From Trichosphaerium sp. ATCC 40318 (lineage: Eukaryota; Protista; Tubulinea), in NCBI GenBank assembly GCA_038496445.1, contig JALMLS010000287.1, positions 152,347 through 216,346 on the forward strand: 64,000 bases of DNA. The letters are read 5' to 3'. A program made the position numbers and the translations under genes. Positions 14,611 to 28,333 of the stretch are shown in pieces; the first letter of the stretch is position 1, and each line of letters starts with the position of its first letter. Below the pieces are notes generated by a model. It had not been told where the DNA came from. It worked only from the letters and a program-made list of their open reading frames with translations, and did no database searches.

Positions 14611-17600
14611 TTACTTAAACCAAACGAATATATCTGGGTAATCATCAATATCTTCACCAGTCTTAACATCCTCGGCAGTAACCTCAACATTAAAGTAGCG
14701 TTGATTCTCCTTTAGTGTTATCTTAGCAATCTCAGGAACCAGCTCAGACAACCTTATTGCAATAAGCAACATAAAAAAAACAAAGAAAGAAAAAAAATAA
14801 TCAATGCTTACTTTCTTGGTAGTCTAGCTGCACCCTTCCTGCCAAAGCATGTGTAAATCAATGCAGTACCTACACCAACCATTTGGGCATCCATTTGATA
14901 TTTTTTCTAAAGCAAGTGTTAAACGTCAAACTCAATAAAAACCAAGTATTCAAAAAAATAAAAAACATACCTTGAGATAATTAAGGAACTGTTTCAAGGT
15001 TATATCACCTTGCTTGATATCAATGCGATCCCATAAGGTATAATGAGAGTCACGGAACTTGAGCTTCTCAGGAGCCAAAGGTTCAGATTGTTGGAAGACA
15101 GGTAATGCCAAATTGACAAAAGAGTTTCTGTATTGAAAGATTGTTTTATCTCCATGGAATAACTAAAAGAACCCTTCGTTAACACATCATTTCTTATACT
15201 GAGACTTACTTTATAGAACTCTAAGCATACTAAACCAGTAACCAAAGCTGTAGTAGTAATCATAGCTGGCATGATACGACCAGCAATAAGCTTGGATTGC
15301 AATTGTGTTACCTTTTTTTAACAAAACAGTTAGAAACTAACTTGAAGCTTGGGAGGTTATAAAGTGCATGATGCACGTAAAATTATACGTACAGGTTTGA
15401 TACCATAAGCAATTGCACGAAGATTAGAGGCAGCATGAATAAAATCGATGTGGAAGTTCGTGTCATCATCTTTTTCGAAATCGACTGGGTTAGTTCTGTA
15501 CGTTGTTGAAGCTGGGTCAGGGAGCTCTTTCTCAATTCTAGCGATTTGTACATCATCGTCATCTGCAGCTTCTCTATATAGAGATTAAACGACGCTATTG
15601 CAACGCAAAAATAAAGAGTGTTGTACAAACTAGCATTGTAGTACACTCAAAAAGGGTTGACTTGGTGGTTTTTGCTATCTTTCAACGTACACTACTTTTT
15701 CAGTGACACTCTCGTCAGTTTCAATCTTTACACCAACTTTTGGTTTCCATGCAGGAACAGATACAGAAGCAGCAGCCTTTGCAATACTAGCAGCTTGAGA
15801 CTCAAAGTCTGAAGGCTTAAACTCAGAGGAAATGATGTTTAGCGTGTAAGCACGCAAGAAAGCTGCTGATACAACAAACTGAGCATGTATAGGATCATTA
15901 GGATCGAATTCTATTGCCTTTGGTGGTCTCTTTGAACCAGACCAGAAAGGTGCTAAGAAATTATTAAGTAAAATGAATAAACACGTGAAAATACACGTGA
16001 CACGTGACAGGGCAAAAAAAGTCCAAATATGTTTGTGATGTACGTACCACCATGTGAGTCAACGTAATCCAATGGGAAATTATACAAGAGTTGTTTATGG
16101 TTCCAGTTGAATCTTTTTTGGAATTCGAGTCTAGCCCAAGCGATACAATCTTGGAACTCTAATTGACGCTCCATTAAGCAATCTTTGATGATTTTCAAGG
16201 TAGGTAACTTGAGATTTGGGCTCACAGTCTTTAACAAAAAGTCAAAATTTGGTTGGTTAAAAAAAAGGCAACTCACAGAAAGGTATCCAGGTTGCTCCAA
16301 GTAAGAGTTTGTGATGTCTGGATTCTTTACGAAGTGTCCTTCAAAGCAATCCTCCCTGCAAAAAAGTTAACTACTCACTCCTTTCCGTAAAGAGTGCAAA
16401 TTTTCGAGTGGAAAAAAAAGTACCTAGCCCATTGCAAGCAATGTTCAATGTTGTTTGGGAAGGAGTGTAATAAGCAAATAGGTGTCTCCTTTGCTGGTGG
16501 ATCAGTCGAAGATCCGTACGACTCTGTGAGATATGGTACAATAACTTGTACATTACCCTTGGATCCAAGTGTACCGGAATCGACAAGTGGCTTTCTACAG
16601 GGTGAATAAGTATTTTGAAACATAAAAATAGGTTTTCTACGATTATTGCGTACCTGAAGAATACACATCGCCTGTCAATATAGAGACGAGCTTGTACGTT
16701 ATCTACAGCATTGGCAACACCGTCGAGTTTCTCCCAAAACTCATCATGAAAGACATTTTCAGTCGAAGGTGCAACCTTTGTAGCAAGCGCTTCAATGTTC
16801 AATTCAGGGTTCATCTTCTTAACAGCAGCACAAGCTGTATTCGATTTCAATTTCTAGCACATGTATAAGCACACACAACCGATTAAAAAATAATCATTCT
16901 AAGCTTACTGTTACATCCCAACTGCGGTACAAGAACTGTCTGTTCAAGTTGGAAATTTCAATAGTGTCCATATCAGTAACTGTTACTTTTCCTTTCGGAC
17001 CTTGAGCCTTGTTAGTAACCACTACAACATAATACCAAGTATGATAGTGAACGCACCACAACCAATACCCATCATTGCAAAGTTCTTAAGCATCTCACAA
17101 CCAATTGCACCAGCACCAACTACAAAGTAGTTCAAGTTTAAGATTTTTTGGTTATACTCATTTCCGAAAACAGCTATTTGACCGTCGTAGCGTGTGTTAC
17201 GCTAGAAATATCAGTAACGGTAAATGCGTGTTTAAACATACTGGTTTAGCGTCTTCCTCAGTGATATCTTCAGTAGGGAGGCACTCGAGGTTTTCAGAGA
17301 ACAAAAATTGGTTGATAGGTGTAAACTTATTTGTAGTAGCTTTGAGAACTTCTTGGGCTACAATACCACCAATAGATGCGGCCATTGGGTTCAAAGAACC
17401 TGCAGCAGTTTTTGCAAGATCCATGACAACCTTTGACAAAGACCTTTTAGTCTCACCATCAGCCTAAACAATCACATTAGTAACCATGCGTTGCACCAAA
17501 AATAGTTGAAGGAAAAGAATACTGTATAAACCACGCACCACTGGAGATTCAGTAAAGTCCTTGTCAGTATAACGCTCATCTTCTGGGAGAGCTTCATTCA

Positions 17601-19174
17601 TTTTTTTTACTCTAGCTAGAATATCTTCAGCATCGCTCTACTTCTAGTTAATAAAACGCATCACTTCCATAGTATGGTACATAGTTTTGTTGTATAAAAA
17701 AAAAACTAACCTTGTTGTGTGGAGTAGGTAAGCGACCATTTTCTTGTCTGAAAGCAAGAAGACTCTGTAAAAACATAAAGTAAAGTGTGGATCTATTGAA
17801 CTTGGACCAATCTCCAATTTGAAGCTTTTCCATGGACAATTTCTTTCCCAAGAAACTAGCCAATGAATCCTAAATAAATACATCAATATACGTACTCTTG
17901 TACTACAAGTAAAACGTACGAAAGAGGCTTCAACAGGTTTCTTTACTTGCACCATATATCCACCTTTGGAATACTCGGAGAATGCGGATGTATCACCAAT
18001 AACTAATTGTGACGGTCCTTTTACAGTAACTTTAAATTCTTTGCCGTTGATTTCTTCCATTCCTTCGACTTCTGTGATACGGATGTAATCACCATCTTCA
18101 AGATCATGTCTAACACCTTCAACAATGGTAATAATAGCCTCTTTTTCCTAAAACGCATAGAGGTTAGAAGTAGATCATATTAGTGAACAAAACGTTGATT
18201 TTTCAATGAAAGAAAAGAGCCAAGACAGTGACGTGTACCTTTGTAATGTGAGACAAAAATGACGTTTTTGGTCTCTCACCATCCTTGTCTTTGATTATAT
18301 GGGCGTCTTTACCCATATCAACAAAAGTATAGGCAAATAAACCAAGTGTATCAGCAGTAATGAATTTAACATTGCTTTCACGACACATAGTGTTGTATTG
18401 AACCAAGCTGTCAAATGAGCTATTGTTAGTGAAGATAACAACCTGTAATATGTTAGTGGGGCATTTTGGAACAATTACAAGGGATAACAAGCGTTTAAAC
18501 AATTTTGTTATAAAAGCAGAGTCTTTACTAGCAATAAAACGCTGAAAATAACACTCTACGCACCGAGAATTTCTCTACAAACTCCTTATTAACCTCTCCG
18601 TCGAATATGTCGAGTTTTACGCGTTCGTTTAATTCACGCAATTTGAGTAGAACTGATTGCGCTCTGTTTTTGCCAACGTCTGCCTCAGACAAGTAAAACT
18701 AAACAAACGTTAATAAAACATTGTTTTTAATACGTTGAAATGTCATCATACGTTGGTGCTCAAGTCTGACATCTCTACAGGCTCGAGATCCTGAATTGTA
18801 AGCGATGATACGCCCATCAGTACAAGGTTCTTTGCTACGCCCCAAAGTTAATATAAATATCCTAAAACGCGTTGGCTAATATCTCCGCGTACCTATTTCC
18901 ATACCAAGGCCCCTTAAACCGACTAAGAAGATCCGTGAGCGTTCAAGCTGTTTTAGCGTCTCTACGCCATCCTCGCCAAGAGCGTGGAGTAGTCTGCTTG
19001 CTCTAGCCTCCCATGCCTTTTGACTTTCAACTTCCTGCAATGCCTGGTGTTAGTATATAAATGCTCTACGCTTATGCGTACTTCTACGGACATGTTATCT
19101 ATGTTGTCTGTCACTGTTTCAGTGGGGTGACTTATCTTTTGTCTTTTTTTTGGCGGCTCTTGAGGGCTTTGCAT
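14611..19174 (-). CDS. UBA1: Ubiquitin-activating enzyme E1, multi-exon
   Basis: [14 protein letters not shown]; [15 protein letters not shown]; [15 protein letters not shown]; [16 protein letters not shown]; catalytic PICLLHSFP; [13 protein letters not shown]; [16 protein letters not shown]. Confidence 0.93.
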
Positions 19175-19370
19175 AAAGAGGCAGTTTCAAACCACCAGTG
19201 CTCACTTGATACTAAAGCTAAGAAATTTCAAGACCGTTCTAGGACCGTTACAGTCTTTGCTGACTGTTCAGTTTTCATTGTTGGTGTCTTTTGGTGCCTA
19301 GAGACTTCAAATACGCGCGGTTTTTTAAATCGATGATTCTGTTGGCGCTACAAGTTGTAATTGTCATTGG

Positions 19371-20687
19371 ATGGCTCGTCAGTAGCGGCGCTGTGCGTAA
19401 TGAACGCGTTAGCATCGCTTACAGACTCAAATAGTTGTTATTTTATTTTGGAGCTCATTATTTTGTACGGTTTTCGTTGGGAGCGGTACTATGGTCTTTA
19501 CTTCAAGGTTTAATGTACGGTCCATTCCCGCCATCAAGTTGGTAACTGAAATAGTCCAAAATCTGAAAGTACTGTGATATCGTTTATTTGGTGGGCAGGG
19601 CTTATTCCAGTATCCGCACTTTGCGCGTATTTTTGTCCAGTACCAGTAGAACTCATTTTCTCGTGGATAATTGGCTCTATCTGGCCTGTATTGCTCATAA
19701 TACAAGGGTTTTGGGCTGTCACTGCCTCTGTTACACTGTCATCCTTTTTGAAGGCTCACTACGAGGATTCGCACCCAGGCTTAGTACAAGTACGCATACG
19801 CGCTCATCTAACCTATCCTCTTGTGAAATTCCACAAAACTCAAAGAATCCAATTCTTATCTTACCTAGACAGTACTAGTCGCCATACCAGCTGTGTGCTA
19901 CCCACTGGCAATTGTAGTATTTTATCTTTCTTATTGTCATCGCAATATGGACGTTACGCTGTCGAGGTACGTTGTGGGGTACACACGCTTCTAATAATGC
20001 ATTAGCTATGTTGCTGTTGTGTTGACAGTTCTCCTTTTAACGCCGCTTGTTGCGTTTCAAACAGGCTCTGCACTTATTTCGGATATTGCCCTAGTTACTT
20101 TGTACATGGCATATCTCTCTAGAGCAACTGTGGTGGAAGCTGGCCCTGTAGACCCAGAGGATTTGTACGCCTTTCGAAACCAGTTTTTTATTTTCTTTCA
20201 TGTCTCTGAGAGCCTCCTTTAGTACTTTCTTCTCGATACCTTTCCTGTCAGTTGACTTTGTATTATCTACGATAATGACGCTTTTATCTATCATATCCCT
20301 ACCATATTTGGTAGATTATGATGAAGACGAAGTAACATTTGGATATGTAGATAGTGAAAAGGTACAGAGTTAACACTATTTATTTTATTGTTCACTCGTT
20401 TATAACACCTTATCTAGAAAGTTTTTGGTGAAGAGAGTCGCTCACTTTGGCGTGTTCTATTTTCTGCAGGTGAGTCTAGCATTTGATAGTGTTACACTGC
20501 AGTGTTGCTGTATATTAACTTATTTTTTACAGGGAGTATCATGATTTACACACGTGCCTCATTGACTGCATCCGGCAATATGGCAACTCAGACTTTTCAC
20601 TGGAGGGCCATACAATCTATAGTAACTATGGTTGTATATGGCATGTATATTACACGTGATGCAGCAGAACATACCAAACAATACTAA
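19371..20687 (+). CDS. Multi-pass membrane protein, Ice2/SERINC-like, multi-exon (start approximate)
   Basis: Several TM segments; WPVLLIIQGFW, SALISDIALVTLYMAYL and C-terminal HWRAIQSIVTMVVY recall Ice2/SERINC motifs (from memory, not searched). Confidence 0.5.
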
Positions 20688-20850
20688 GATTAGCATTGTA
20701 CCAAGAATAAAAACATGAAAAGTGCACAAAACGCAATTATTTTGGATCCATTGAAAGGCAGCAACAAACATTCGTTGGTGTCTATACCAACAGTTAAAAC
20801 CATTACTTTATTGTGAAGATGTTACAACGTAAGCGAACACAAAGAACAGT

Positions 20851-21790
20851 TTATTTAAGTTTAACACCATCCTTAAAGATTGCCTCAGCAATCACGTTAT
20901 ATTGTTTATCCCATTCCTTGTACTCTCCATCAATTTTACCATTTGTAAATTTACAACATTTAATGAGGATTCTATTGCCTTCACTATCGCTACACCATTC
21001 TTTTAATACCCCATGGATCTTACCATTCATATATTGCTTTTGATGTATTAAACCAGCATTGTACTTGAACTTTGTGTTTTCTTGTAATATTCCGTTTTTG
21101 TAAATACCTTCCTCAGTAATCATGCTTCGTAAATTCCAGAGTTTATACGGCCCATCTAGTTTGCCATTTTTGTATGTTTTTTCATACCGCTTTACATAGG
21201 ATTCCAACAAGCGCGATTTTCCGTCCAAAAAACCATTTTTGTAATTGTCAACTTTTTGAAATTCTATCCTGCCATTTGCATAGTTCTTTCTCGTCTCCTT
21301 CGCTGTACCATCAAGAAGGCCATTGACAAACTTACATTGATATGTTATCCATCCATCTCGGTGGTAATGAACATAGTCACCATGGAGTTTACCGTCTTCA
21401 TTGTAATTACATACAATCTTGACACCATGAGTGTCTTTATTTGTGTAATACACTTTGTTTTTTCCGAACTTTTTTCCTTCTTTGTAAGACAACTGCAAGC
21501 ATAATCCCCAGTAATGAGTGGCATGGAAAATAATGTTGACATTTCCATCAAGCTTGCCATGTTTGTATTGGGCTGTAACATTGTAACCGGCAGTTGCAAT
21601 CCAATCTTTGTTTCTGCGTGTAGAACAGTAGACCTGAATTTTAAACTTACCATGCTTTTGCAGTTTATTATCAAATCTAGATGTTGTCGCTGATTTCAAA
21701 CAAAGCTCAGGCCATAGCTTTTTTACTTCAACATCTGTATCAGAAAAGAGCATATGAACCTCAACAGGGAGATCCAAGAGCGTCATTTTA
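20851..21790 (-). CDS. F-box-like + MORN-variant repeat exon; likely 3' exon of a vault-repeat fusion gene
   Basis: LLDLPVEV F-box-like start; repeated Y..GKL(H/D)G.Y..W/Y MORN-variant units; no internal introns; AG acceptor at 21791. Confidence 0.85.
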
Positions 21791-21831
21791 CTAAAAAATC
21801 CTTTAGAGAACAAAGCCTACCTGCTTACTCA

Positions 21832-22647
21832 TCACGTGTACCTAACAGGTATACAGTCTAGATCTACAACATCTTGTACTCTTACATATGGAAGTGGTAT
21901 ATAGCGTCCGGGACCTTCAAACAACCACTATCATAACGAAAAACTAATAAGTAAATCGATACAAAGGTAAAATTAAACGCATTCAATCCTCACCTCATCT
22001 CCTTCTTTTCTGGAACACGAACCAATAGTAAAATCCTTCAAACATTGTAACTTAAGAGCCTTTCCTTTTTCTACAATTTGCAAGGGTGTAACGTCCACTT
22101 TAAGAACCTCTCCTTCGGACACAGTCAACGTTAATATTACTATAAATAGTTGTCATGGTTTCAGACAGCCACGCACCTGGGTAGAGTGGAAAGGGGTCTT
22201 GTGAGTAGCGAACCTCTTCCTCACCTTTTCTTAGACAAAATGACCCAGACATTGATTTCTTTAGTTGTGTTGGTGTAGGAATACGGGGAACGCAATTCAA
22301 GTCTCGGAATAGGTTCGCGTTTTCAACATTTCTAGTTAAGTAGCACACCTTTTCAAGCGCAACTTGAAAGTCCACTCTGTTTTGCGAATGATGTACTTTT
22401 ATGATTTCTGTAACTACTGGGTTCTCAATGATGCAGTAGTGATCTTTGGGTATTTTAATCATTTGTTTAGGGCCACAAAGTAATTCGGTGTCCGCAGTTA
22501 ACGTAATAGTCTTTGGTCCTATTTCTAGGCGTGGTATACGACTTTACAAGCGTTAGAGCTGTTTTTAGTAGTTGTCACGTACTAGCGTTTGTGTGCGACG
22601 AAAGCGTACTGAAATTCGGCTAGTATAACCTCCGTAAGCCCAGACAT
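21832..22647 (-). CDS. Major vault protein-like N-terminal repeats (about R1-R3), multi-exon; truncated or fused to downstream MORN exon
   Basis: RLEIGPKT..PKQMIKIPKDHYCIIENPV; EVRYSQDPFPLYPG|EVL..VTPLQIV..ALKL; EGDE|WLFEGPGRYIP match MVP repeats; no shoulder or cap domains. Confidence 0.88.
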
Positions 22648-22896
22648 ACCTCACACAAAAACACAAAATTATGTTGGCTAACTTAAAAAGGTATTAAGTT
22701 GACAACGATTAATTGAAAGTCCAACTTTCAAAATGGAAAATATGCCACGGTTAACGCTTTTGAGGTAACACAGTGTTGACGTTGGAAAACATAGCGTAGG
22801 TAACTAACTGAGAAGCTGTAACGAAGACTTTTATTAACCAAACATTCTCAACGTAGAGTGGCTGTCTGCAGTAACCACACGTGCGCTCGCTTCTTT

Positions 22897-23924
22897 TTAC
22901 TCAACTCTTTCGCCAGAGTTGTATTGATAGTCAATAGATAAGACATGTTTACCATCAATCTTCTTCCATACTCTCCATTGACCATGCTTCTTACCTTTTA
23001 AATAATGACCGTGAACTTTTGGTTTACCATCATTAAACCAAGCACGATAAGATCCATCAAACTTACCATTGTAGTAACTACATTCTCTTACAACTTGTGA
23101 AAACTTGAACATTTTCGAAACACCACTTAACTTCCCTTTAGCATAATTATGCTCCCACAATAATGATCCATTTCTTCTATATCCACTATGAACACCTTCT
23201 TTCATACCATTCGTAAAAACTCTATGTACCATAACAACACCATCTGCATTCCATTTGAAATGCTCTCCTACTTTTTTCCCATTTTCGTAATTTCCTTGTA
23301 CTAGAACACCCCTAGTCTCTATGTGATACCTTCTCATTGTACCATGCAATTTACCATTAACAAATGTTGCTGTTAAGTTTGGACGATTATTATAGAAACG
23401 TTCTATATACTCACCATCCACGTGATCAGGAAATTTGCTTGTATTGTAGTGAATCATTGTGCGTTTAATTAGACTATCAAGCATTCCTTTTCTGTTATTT
23501 TTTCTAAAGTAGCATTGAATGGGATGCCATTTTGCTCCAACACGAACATTAAACTCACCAATAAGTGTCCATTATCAAAAGTACACTCCACTCTCTCTAT
23601 GTTATAAGCGCGTGATTTTGAGCGCCTGTAATAACTTGAATGAAGTTCGCCATTTGCATACGAACACTTTAAAAGTACGTTGCCTTGTATGTCCCACGTT
23701 GTGTATGGTCCATTCAAAATATCGTTGTCAACGTGAAAAATGGTTTTAAGTGCCTTGGGGTTGTAATACCTCTCAAATTTACCCATTCGCTTCAAGTCTG
23801 TTGTGTATCTTGTTGAAATAGCTTCTTCCTTTGAGAGTATTGGCCAAATACAACGTACGCGCGGATCGATGGCTGTTATCATATGTTTAAGCTCTCTGGG
23901 TAATGTAGCCAGCGACGCCGTCAT
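22897..23924 (-). pseudogene. F-box-like + MORN-variant repeat gene with one frameshift (or sequencing error)
   Basis: N-terminus LATLPRELKHM..WP.L..STRY..GKF is paralogous to the 21786 N-terminus; frame shifts near 23562 (DNGHL to IGEFNV) and continues into ORF 22897-23484. Confidence 0.75.
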
Positions 23925-24361
23925 AATTACAACTACAATAACGTAAATAATGGTTGAGATAACAGAAGGATAACATACTGCTTTCGGGTTTTTGGCTAAT
24001 TAAACGGGTTTATATGACCTTTCCTTGACTGCTGTCGTTGCCAACCTGCGCAGGATTTCCTCATAAAAACTGACCGACGCCACTCAATGTGATCGCTACA
24101 ACGTGGTACATTCGTAGTGCTTGTGCGATACAAGCATATTTGTACTAAGGTAATCGTGTTCGTTGTCAATGGAAACAACACGTGATTTCTTTTGAAGTTC
24201 TAGATACATTCGATTTTCAACAAAATTCTATTTTCCGTTTGATTCAAATGTAATGTTTTTGATTACAAAGGGATTGATACTATCTCATCATTTGTATATT
24301 TTTTTTCTATTTCTTATGGTACACTCTCTACACTCAAATGACAAAAAAAAAAAAAAAAAGT

Positions 24362-27300
24362 TTAAAACTCCCAAGTTATTCTTGTTTGCTTCTCTCCCTT
24401 TGCTTTTCTCTCCCTTGGTTCAGCTAAACAGAAACGTAAGTGTCAAGACGAAATATACTTTGAGCGTACGTAGAGGTTCTTCTCTGTGGTAATCAAACGG
24501 TTTTACAGGTGATGTATCTTCTTCTTGTTCTTCTTGTGGTTTTTCTTTCTTTTGTCTTTTCTTTTTCGATGGTTTTTTACGTTTCTGGCGCTTAGCAGCT
24601 TTTTTAGATAATAGAGAATCTTCTCTTTTCTTTTCTTCCCTTGTCATTAACCCAAGGTTCTTCATAAACGCAACACTTTGCTCAAAAGCATCTAGTCAAG
24701 TGAGTCAGAAATGTATTCAAAAAACAAAGGTTGGCTATGATAAACGTACCAGTGTGAGACTCTTTAGCCTTCTTTAGCGCTGGAGCAGCTTCTGATTCCA
24801 TGTTCCTTTCCGATATATGAGTGGGAGTGATGGAATGACGAAAGACGTACTGGCTAGCGTGTGCTTCAGCTTTTCGTTTTTTGTCTCTGAGAACCTGTTT
24901 TCTTGACTTCCTTTGTTGCTCAAGCATCCATACATCTCCAGTCTCATCGTAGGCATCTTGTAGTGATGGTGGTAACTTGTTCGAAGAATCTGCGTATGTT
25001 TGCTCCTTGAGGGCCATCGACTTGTCGAGATCAAGTACAAGAGTATTTGGTTTTGCAAATTTGTTCTAATTATTATTTAGCTCCATTGAATAACACCATA
25101 TCTCAAATACGTACGTCACCACCAGTACTGTCAATATCCATAAACGTTGCTGGATCAGCCTAAGAAACTTTGGTAAGCATTTTATACAATAACCAAATAC
25201 TTTACCTTCACTGGTGTTAGCACTGATACATCCATGTCAGCGACTATAGCATTAGCATTACGTATAGCTTCTTCTTGCTCATAGTCGTCGCTGTTTGTTT
25301 GCTCTTCAACATCTCTAAATAGACCACCAGATAGTGGTCGTGATGTAATCATGTCCTTGTTTTCAATAGCAACGCCAATTTTTTTCTCTGTTGAGAATTA
25401 TTAGAACTATTTGATAGAAAGTAGGGCGTACTCTTGTACTTGAGAAGGTCTCTGTTAATGTTTGTTGCTGTTAGGTGTAGAGAAGAAGGTGCTGGAAAGT
25501 ATGTTTGTTGTTCTATTTCTTCTTGCTTAACCTCAACAAGAAGTTTGGGTTTGACTTCAACTTTCTAACAACAAAAGTTAGTCTTAGAAGTTTTCACAAC
25601 AATTTACCATTTCTACACGCCCAGCCAAGGCGTCTTTGATAATGAGTACCATCTCAAGTGCATGTACTCGTACTAATGGAGGTACAGGATTACAACAACC
25701 TAGTAATTTTACAGGACCGGTTGGTTTCATCTGATGGCATTTTTAGAATGTGAATTTTGGAGGTCGTAGTACCTTGGCTACACGGTTGAGCTGGTGGTTT
25801 GGTAACACGTAACGTGTGCTTTCGTCTTCAGTACGAGCAACACTAAAATTAGTAAGTATAATACAGGTTCTTTATATCCTGTACCGATCACGCCAAGCAT
25901 ATAAAGCGGCAAAGACACGCAACTAGTAATACGATTAGAATGTGATGTAATGATGACTGTCAGAGTACTTGTTCGTCTGTTAAGTCAAGGTTGTACTTAT
26001 TGTACAAGCCTCTGTAAGCATCTAATGTGAATGCTGGCTTCTCGTATCTTTGTAAGGATACTTCAGCACTTCGCTTTATAGTTGCAGAAAGCAAGTTATT
26101 CATCTCATTACTACGACTAATCAAATCATTTCGTATCCTACACAAATCAATATGTCAATAAAATTGTTGGCGTCTGAATGTCAGTTTACCTATCATGTAT
26201 GTATAGGAGGTAATGCGTATCTTCTCTTGCATATTTTTTCATCTCCTCAGGAAGAGGCCTTCACATAATATTAGATACTTACAATACTATACATTTCAGA
26301 TTGCAAAGCACGTACCTGATGCGCCAATCAGCAAGCTGATACTTTTTATCAGGTACAATATTACAGTAGTGTTTCAAAAGGAAAGCCAATGCAAAACTAG
26401 GAAAGCCTAGCACGCGACTGGCTTGACCAGTATCAAACAAGTTTACAATATAGATACCAAAATCCCTCTAAAAACCGCAAGTTTAGACATTGCTCATACA
26501 AGTTTGACGATTAAGTTGTACCTGAAGCCATAGTATGTCCATATCTGAACCGTGCAATACCTAAGAGAGGTTTAGGATGTGTTGTTAGAAGCAACATCAG
26601 CAAGATAAGAAAGGTTACCTTCAGAATACGTGGATTTGAAAATACTTCATTTAAAATACACATTTCTTTTCTAACTTTAATAGTGTCAACAAGAAAATCT
26701 TTTTCACGCGATGAAATCTGCATTAAACACGTGAAACCCTATAGTATTATTAGCATAACGTTGAATGTACTTAAGAAGCAATAATAACGCACTTGATACG
26801 ATCTGTAAGCGTGGTGTTCCTGAAATTAAGTCAGTAAAGGTTAAACATCAAAAAACCTCAAAATGTACCAAATCGACAGCGATCTCAGTTACTGTGTTGA
26901 GGTAATCTACCATATTTTGTAGTGACTGACTATCAGCTACCATATTAAGTTCAACTTCTTCCAATGACGCATAAAGGGTTGGCGCTGTTTGTTCGGCACT
27001 TTGAACATTGTATCGTTTTATAAATGTGTCAATTTCGACAGCATAAGGATGAGAATATGCCATGACAGCTTGCTCCTTTGGTTCACGCTGTACATTCACT
27101 GTATCGTATTTTAGTTTCAGTGCTAATTGTATGGTTAATCAGGATAATAATAAAAAACTAGGCGTGTGAAAAGAGAATCTTGTAAACCATCACTATCAAA
27201 ACACAAAAAAGTGACACTCTCGGAATGTTCCGTGTCTGACGTACATTCGTCTAAGCCAACGATAGCGTTTGGTTTAGTGGTTATAATAGGGATAAACGGG

Positions 27301-28076
27301 TGGTAAGAGTTGTTAATAGTATCTCGCCATTGCTCCTGTGGTCTCTCAATATTACTTCCATGGAATAAATAAAGGTCTAGCTTGCCCTAGTGCTGTTTAG
27401 AAGAAATAAAAATAATTGTAGCACGCGCTCTACAAAAAATTTCTGGGGTTGTAAATAGCGATAAAATACGTTTGATTTACGTAGAGGTACAAGAAGAGCT
27501 GTACCTTTTTCACTTTTGTTTTTTTAATTTTTATCTTTGTCATATCGCGGTTTCCTTGTACTTCATCCGCGTACGTATCCTACGCGTGTTTTAGTATTTT
27601 TTAACGTTGTCGTTTGAAGGTTTTTCTTTCAGCGGGTTTTCCTATTACGTTAACATGTGCCAGTTTTCTTGCGTACCACTTCTTCAATAAGCTCGTCTAT
27701 TACTTCAACGACGCTATCGAAGTTATCAATTACTTCGTCAGGATCGTCAAATGCGGTTAATTTAGGCACGTTCTCTGCAGAGGTAAAGTCCAAAAACCGT
27801 TGCATTAGGTTCAAGGACTGTTTATTTATCCCCTCCATTTTTGTTTTGTACTCTTCAAATGTTGAGCAATAACGGTGGTCTTCTTCATCTGGTAGCGTAT
27901 TCGATAGTTTTGTGGTTTCTATGAGCGTTTGGAAGACAGCCTGTGCAAACTTGTCGAGTTCTTGATGTAATGGGTTGAGAATTTCATAAGGAAGCTGTTT
28001 ACGCACCTAGGTACTCATCTAGGAACGGTAAGCCTCCTTCAGACAGGAGTTGATCCAATGTTTTATCTGACGCCAT
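24362..28076 (-). CDS. RRP6: Exosome-associated 3'-5' exonuclease RRP6/EXOSC10, multi-exon
   Basis: PMC2NT-like N-terminus; HPYAVEI; EIAVDL|[21 protein letters not shown]; NLFDTGQAS; ADWRIRPLPEEM; HRDC ([13 protein letters not shown]-like). Confidence 0.93.
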
Positions 28077-28333
28077 ATTATACTAACAAAATACAACTAT
28101 TGTACTAAAAACATGTTCTGGTGTCCAGAAATTTTGTAGATTTGCAGAAAGCGATCACTTAAACTTGATATTTAAGCAGCACTTTTTCTCATTTTCTTCA
28201 ATATTTTGCAACAATTGTAAACCGCAAGAGGAATCCTGACACCGGGCAGCGTCCGTACTACGCAACGTCAAAGCACAGAAAGAGTACAGTCAGTTGCGAA
28301 GGAACTGTTTGTTTATTGTCGGACTGGTAGACA

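Noticed and set aside
23469-23560. Intron joining the two MORN ORFs via the GTGAGT donor
   Set aside because: The donor is phase 0 and nearby AG acceptors give stops or the wrong frame; a 1-nt frameshift restores the repeat better
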